DNA of 64,000 nucleotides from Candidatus Saccharimonadales bacterium (GTDB lineage Bacteria; Patescibacteriota; Saccharimonadia; Saccharimonadales; DASZAF01): NCBI GenBank assembly GCA_035945435.1, contig DASZAF010000016.1, positions 359 to 64,358 of the forward strand, read 5' to 3'. Shown piece by piece: positions 60,259 to 64,000 of this stretch (position 1 is its first letter; each line of letters starts with the position of its first letter). The notes under the pieces were generated by a model. It saw only the letters and a program-made list of their open reading frames with translations, ran no database searches and was not told where the DNA came from. The position numbers and the translations under genes were made by a program.

Positions 60259-60948
60259 ATGATGTATTGTGTGTTCATGACAGGAAGCACTCTTGAAGCT
60301 CCGACTCCAGTATCACCATTCGATCTTGACCATTGGTTAGCGCAGCGGGAAGCTAACCATGGACTGACGGTTGTTGAACTCGGGCATGGCAGCAGGCCTT
60401 TGGCGGAGGTCCAGCATTTTACTGACGGCCGCGCCTATGTTGGCATAGAAGCAGGCCTTAGCAGTTTCTTCTATGGTGGCGTAGCACGTCAAGTTATCGC
60501 AAGACTGCGCGAGAATAGGCCGGATGAGAATATATTCTTTTTTGAGCAGGCAGTCGACCCCCAGACTCGAACTGCTGACGATGCTAGAACTATCCTGCCA
60601 AATGGAGCTGCCAGCGAAGTCTTTCTTCGAAACGTTCTGAGCGATAAGGCAGTCTATACATCAGTTGTTGAGGTTGCCAAGATCTTAGGAGAGGCAAGTA
60701 GATTGACCGAGCCTGGTGGAAGCCTGGTTATCAGCGAGACCATTACTCCCTACGACCCCGTAGAGGTACGGCGAATGGCCGAGGAAGTGGGTTTAGTCTT
60801 CGGCGACTTAATCGGCCCGAAAGACAGTGGGTGGGACAGGCTGCAGGATATCTATCTTGGGGAAACAAGTATGTTAGATCGAGAACACCCCCAGGGCCAT
60901 AGCTACTACATGATTCTCTCAAAGCCGTATCAAATCACCGACCACTAA
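60259..60948 (+). CDS. Hypothetical protein, possibly a class I SAM-methyltransferase fold
   Basis: There is a motif I-like VVELGHGSRP and a post-II-like EPGGSLVISE. The start is uncertain (ATG at 60259, 60262 or 60277). Confidence 0.3.
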   Translation: MMYCVFMTGSTLEAPTPVSPFDLDHWLAQREANHGLTVVELGHGSRPLAEVQHFTDGRAYVGIEAGLSSFFYGGVARQVIARLRENRPDENIFFFEQAVDPQTRTADDARTILPNGAASEVFLRNVLSDKAVYTSVVEVAKILGEASRLTEPGGSLVISETITPYDPVEVRRMAEEVGLVFGDLIGPKDSGWDRLQDIYLGETSMLDREHPQGHSYYMILSKPYQITDH

Positions 60949-60969
60949 AGACTAGCCGCACCTTTCATC

Positions 60970-60978
60970 TGTTATGAT
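60970..60978 (+). promoter_or_regulatory. Extended -10 promoter (TGtTATGAT), leaderless
   Basis: TGTTATGAT ends 6 nt before the ATG at 60985. Confidence 0.45.
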
Positions 60979-60984
60979 AGGCTC

Positions 60985-61521
60985 ATGAATCTTGGGAAAC
61001 TTACTTTTACGCCAGCCCTCGAATCTCCTGAACTGCTAGGCAAACCCGTTGCGGAGTATGTAGAACGTGCCCGATTAGGCGACGGCGTATGGGTGAGTCG
61101 TATCGATGCAGATCTTGCTGATACAGCGGTCTTTTGTGAACGGTACGATATCGGTCTAGATATATCGGCGAACTGTGTAGTCGTAGAGGCTAAGCGCGCC
61201 GATCGGGTCTGGTACGCGGTGTGTCTCATACTGGCAACTGACAAGGCCGATATCAACGGAGTGGTGCGTCGAAAGATTGACGCTAGGAAGATCTCGTTTG
61301 CGTCAATGGACACGGCAGTGAAACTGACCGGCATGGAGTATGGGGGAATCACACCGATAGGTCTGCCGGAAGACTGGCCCGTACTGGTCGATGAGCGGAT
61401 CGTGGAGAAGCCACACGTCGTAGTCGGAAGTGGTATCAGGGGATCGAAGGTACTCGTCTCAACCAAGGTGCTATCGTCTCTACCGAACGTAGAGGTGTTA
61501 GCACTGGCAAAGGTAGGATGA
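60985..61521 (+). CDS. YbaK/EbsC-type aminoacyl-tRNA deacylase domain protein
   Basis: AVKLTGMEYGGITPIGLPEDWPVLVDERIVEKPHVVVGSGIRGSKVLV is typical of YbaK/ProRS-associated editing domains. Confidence 0.7.
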   Translation: MNLGKLTFTPALESPELLGKPVAEYVERARLGDGVWVSRIDADLADTAVFCERYDIGLDISANCVVVEAKRADRVWYAVCLILATDKADINGVVRRKIDARKISFASMDTAVKLTGMEYGGITPIGLPEDWPVLVDERIVEKPHVVVGSGIRGSKVLVSTKVLSSLPNVEVLALAKVG

Positions 61522-61928
61522 TCAGCTACCTCACTTCCCTACTCCGCAAATTTGAAACAAATCGTGTCTTTACGGAAGAAGAGGGGTGGATGCTCTTTAA
61601 GCTGGCCGCAGTTGGTGAAGGTGTCGGCTGGACTATCTTGATCGCAGGAATCGTTATCAGCAAATATGTAACACCTGGTAATAATATTGCGGTAGATTTT
61701 GCTGGGCACATCCATGGCATACTGTTCTTGATCTACGCGGTCGCGGCGGGTCTCTACCCCACGCTTCGTTGGTCACGAAAACGTGCAGTTGTTGCCCTGC
61801 TGGCCAGTGTCCCACCGTACGGTTCGATTCTTTTTGAGCAATGGGCGTGGCACGAGAGGCGAATGGCTGACTTTAAGAGATACCGCTACAGCCTAGCGCC
61901 ACTTATCCTAGAGTGGCTAGGCCCCTGA
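61518..61928 (+). CDS. DUF3817-family membrane protein
   Basis: The sequence contains FKLAAVGEGVGWTILIAGIVI...HGILFLIYAVAA, and four TM helices are present. Confidence 0.6.
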   Translation: MISYLTSLLRKFETNRVFTEEEGWMLFKLAAVGEGVGWTILIAGIVISKYVTPGNNIAVDFAGHIHGILFLIYAVAAGLYPTLRWSRKRAVVALLASVPPYGSILFEQWAWHERRMADFKRYRYSLAPLILEWLGP

Positions 61929-62666
61929 CAGATCTATCTTACGAAGACGTATACCGAGCAACTGCCTGAACGATATGAGCAGGTTATCGAGACGCATCTT
62001 CGACGTTCCGGCGATCCTTTCGGTGAACGTTATAGGGAATTCGTGCACCTTAAACTTACCCGAATTGATAAGCCGATATTTCAGTTCAACCTGAAAGTGA
62101 TAACCTTTCGATGTGATCATGTCTGGCTTGGTTATGTATTGCAGTGCTCGCTTGGACAGTCCGTTGAATCCACCGGTATAGTCTCTCAGTTGCTTGGAGA
62201 GAATGATCCTGTTGATCGTATTACCGCTTCGTGAAAGAAAGTGTTTGCCTAGGTGCCAGTTTCGGACGTCACCACCACGGACGTATCGGCTGCCCACGGA
62301 AAGGTCATGACCATCCTGCAGGTGGGTGAGATGCTGAGCCACGTACTTGGGGTCATGCGACAGGTCGGCATCCATCTGGATAACACCTTTCAGCTTGGGT
62401 TCGTTTTTGAGCAGATGGCGGAAGGCGTTAAGATAAGCCTCCCCTAAATCAGTCTTTTCTGCCTTGGTTATAACGTTGACAGTGAGCTTCGGTTTGCGTC
62501 GATTGACAAAGGCTTCAACAACTCGTCGCGTGCCATCAGAAGAACTGTCATCGGCGACCAACACCTTGATGTTGGTCGCAAACTTGCCATATAGCTTGTC
62601 CAGCTGAGAGATCAGCTTGGTGACATTCTCCTTCTCGTTGTATGTGGGAATAACAATGACGTACAT
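61917..62666 (-). CDS. GT2 polyprenol-monophosphate glycosyl (mannosyl) transferase, DPM1/Ppm1-like
   Basis: MYVIVIPTYNEKENV...VLVADDSSSDGT...QMDADLSHDP; a soluble GT-A fold. Confidence 0.82.
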   Translation of the reverse strand: MYVIVIPTYNEKENVTKLISQLDKLYGKFATNIKVLVADDSSSDGTRRVVEAFVNRRKPKLTVNVITKAEKTDLGEAYLNAFRHLLKNEPKLKGVIQMDADLSHDPKYVAQHLTHLQDGHDLSVGSRYVRGGDVRNWHLGKHFLSRSGNTINRIILSKQLRDYTGGFNGLSKRALQYITKPDMITSKGYHFQVELKYRLINSGKFKVHEFPITFTERIAGTSKMRLDNLLISFRQLLGIRLRKIDLSGA

Positions 62667-62772
62667 TAATCGGTGTGCCTCTCGATGATCTCTATCATAG
62701 TCTGCTGGTAGACTCTTAGCAATTACATTGGGTTATACTGATGATAGTTATCGAGTAGGCAGGATAAAGGCC

Positions 62773-63519
62773 ATGAACACAATTGTAGACTCATTCGATG
62801 ATGCATTTGCAGATAAGGACAGAGTACTAGTGGTCTCGGCTCACCCTGACGACAATGAGATTATCTGTGGCGCTCTCGTTGCCCGCCTAATCGCTGCTGG
62901 CAAACGAGTCCGACTCGTTGTTACGACGAACGGCAATAAGGGGACTGGTGATAAGAAGGTAGCCAGTGACGAGTTTGGCGGTATCCGCACAAAAGAGCAG
63001 ATAGCTGCTGCTAAAGAACTAGGCATCCCTGCGACCGAATGTTTCAATCTAAATATCCCGGATGGCGAGCTAGAGACAAGTGTTGAGAATATCAAAAAAG
63101 TTGTCTTTCACATCAGGCAATTCAAACCCGACATTGTTATAACTCATAACCCTGATGAAGTAATCAACACGTTCTCGTCAAAAGAGAACGTCCACTGGGT
63201 CAATCATCGTGACCATCGACATACGGCCATTATCACCACCGATGCAGTCTACCCGTATTCGCGTGACAGAGCTTTCTTCCCAGACCAGCTCAATGACGGG
63301 CTGGAACCGCATACCGTTTATGAACTAATGTTTTCAGATTCTTATGAACACCCACTTAATCGCTTCTTTGACGTGACTGACTATGTCGATAAGAAACGTC
63401 GTGCTCTCCGAGCCTGCCCGAGTGTTGTCGAGGCCGAACATGTCGAAGAGTATATCGATGAGATCAAGTTAGGCGATAGATACTACGAACAACTGCGTTA
63501 TCTTAGAGGGCTCTACTAG
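62773..63519 (+). CDS. PIG-L/LmbE-family N-acetylglucosaminyl deacetylase
   Basis: VLVVSAHPDDNEIICGALVARL (the PIG-L signature) and HRDHRH. The ATG at 62773, with the Shine-Dalgarno AGGATAAAGG, is preferred over the TTG at 62728. Confidence 0.8.
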   Translation: MNTIVDSFDDAFADKDRVLVVSAHPDDNEIICGALVARLIAAGKRVRLVVTTNGNKGTGDKKVASDEFGGIRTKEQIAAAKELGIPATECFNLNIPDGELETSVENIKKVVFHIRQFKPDIVITHNPDEVINTFSSKENVHWVNHRDHRHTAIITTDAVYPYSRDRAFFPDQLNDGLEPHTVYELMFSDSYEHPLNRFFDVTDYVDKKRRALRACPSVVEAEHVEEYIDEIKLGDRYYEQLRYLRGLY

Positions 63520-63522
63520 GGC

Positions 63523-63942
63523 TTAGTCGAGTTCTCTGATACTTGGCAGTTCGGTCAGCCTTGTAAACATTAGCTTCCGCAGACCAAAGTTCCAGATCAT
63601 AACGACAGCGATAGCAAATACCTCCCCGACCAGATACTCGAGTCCAATCTTTGAGACACAGAACCAAAGAACCAATTCGTTGAGGCCAAGTCCGCCTACA
63701 CCAACCAGCGTAAAAAGGGTAAATTCAAGTCTGAATCGATTACTTCTTTGGAAGATCCATAAAATACTCAGTATGTAGTTAATTATTGTTGCAATTAAAA
63801 ATGCCAGACCTTCGGAGACCAAATATTGGATGTGCATAAGAGAGGTGAGGACGAACAGGGCAGCGAGGTTGACAGCTGCAGAAAAGCCTCCGACAAATAG
63901 GTAACGAAAGAACTGTATGCGCCCAGACCTCGTTTTCGCCAC
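63523..63942 (-). CDS. GtrA-family membrane protein
   Basis: FFRYLFVGGFSAAVNLAALFVL... and the C-terminal WNFGLRKLMF motif, with four TM helices. Confidence 0.78.
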   Translation of the reverse strand: MAKTRSGRIQFFRYLFVGGFSAAVNLAALFVLTSLMHIQYLVSEGLAFLIATIINYILSILWIFQRSNRFRLEFTLFTLVGVGGLGLNELVLWFCVSKIGLEYLVGEVFAIAVVMIWNFGLRKLMFTRLTELPSIRELD

Positions 63943-64000
63943 AAAAACTTTATGCGTGAGATCTCGAAAATCTGCTGCGCCGAATAAGATATAAATCGGC

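Noticed and set aside
60972-61466. 164-aa minus-strand ORF
   Set aside because: It is fully antisense to the YbaK-like gene, which has clear family motifs. Its composition is Ser/Thr/Arg-rich.

Overview
The gene content looks like the chromosomal origin region of a small-genome, monoderm-type bacterium, probably a Patescibacteria/CPR organism close to Saccharibacteria (TM7). That assignment is an inference from gene content, not a database hit. The standard genetic code applies, because TGA ends conserved genes such as cyoA.

Layout from left to right:

1. 1-8935: a putative integrated mobile element. Hand-sampled GC is slightly lower here. It encodes a DUF4236 protein, unknown proteins, two tiny membrane proteins preceded by a promoter-to-terminator structured RNA, a winged-helix protein and an SF3/D5-like P-loop helicase. 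It ends in a large serine recombinase whose last 21 codons are the antisense of a tRNA-Arg gene.

2. 9050-10708: a membrane protein, two tRNA-Ser genes and an Hsp20 gene.

3. 10845-26506: a compact type IV secretion-like locus. It has five tandem VirB2/TrbC-like pilin genes (six pilin domains), diverging from genes for a VirB6/TrbL-like protein, a PrgI/VirB3-like protein, VirB4, several large unknown proteins and a three-domain cell-wall hydrolase. No coupling protein or relaxase is present in the window.

4. 26510-32763: recF-dnaN-dnaA, with DnaA-box clusters on both sides of dnaA, followed by rpmH-rnpA-yidC-jag.

5. 33982-38803: a complete cyoABCDE bo3-type quinol oxidase operon.

6. 32732-33862 and 38813-63942: a long cell-envelope glycan region. 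It includes a Wzm/Wzt ABC exporter, GT4 and GT2 glycosyltransferases, FkbM-type methyltransferases, a phosphoglycosyl transferase, an O-antigen-ligase-like protein, three GtrA proteins and a PIG-L deacetylase. Interspersed are an 862-aa secreted repeat protein, a tailspike-like beta-helix protein, a LexA-N-domain-only protein, tRNA-Asn and housekeeping genes.

No CRISPR array or IS element was seen. The candidates most worth follow-up are the T4SS-like apparatus, the recombinase/tRNA element and its structured RNA.
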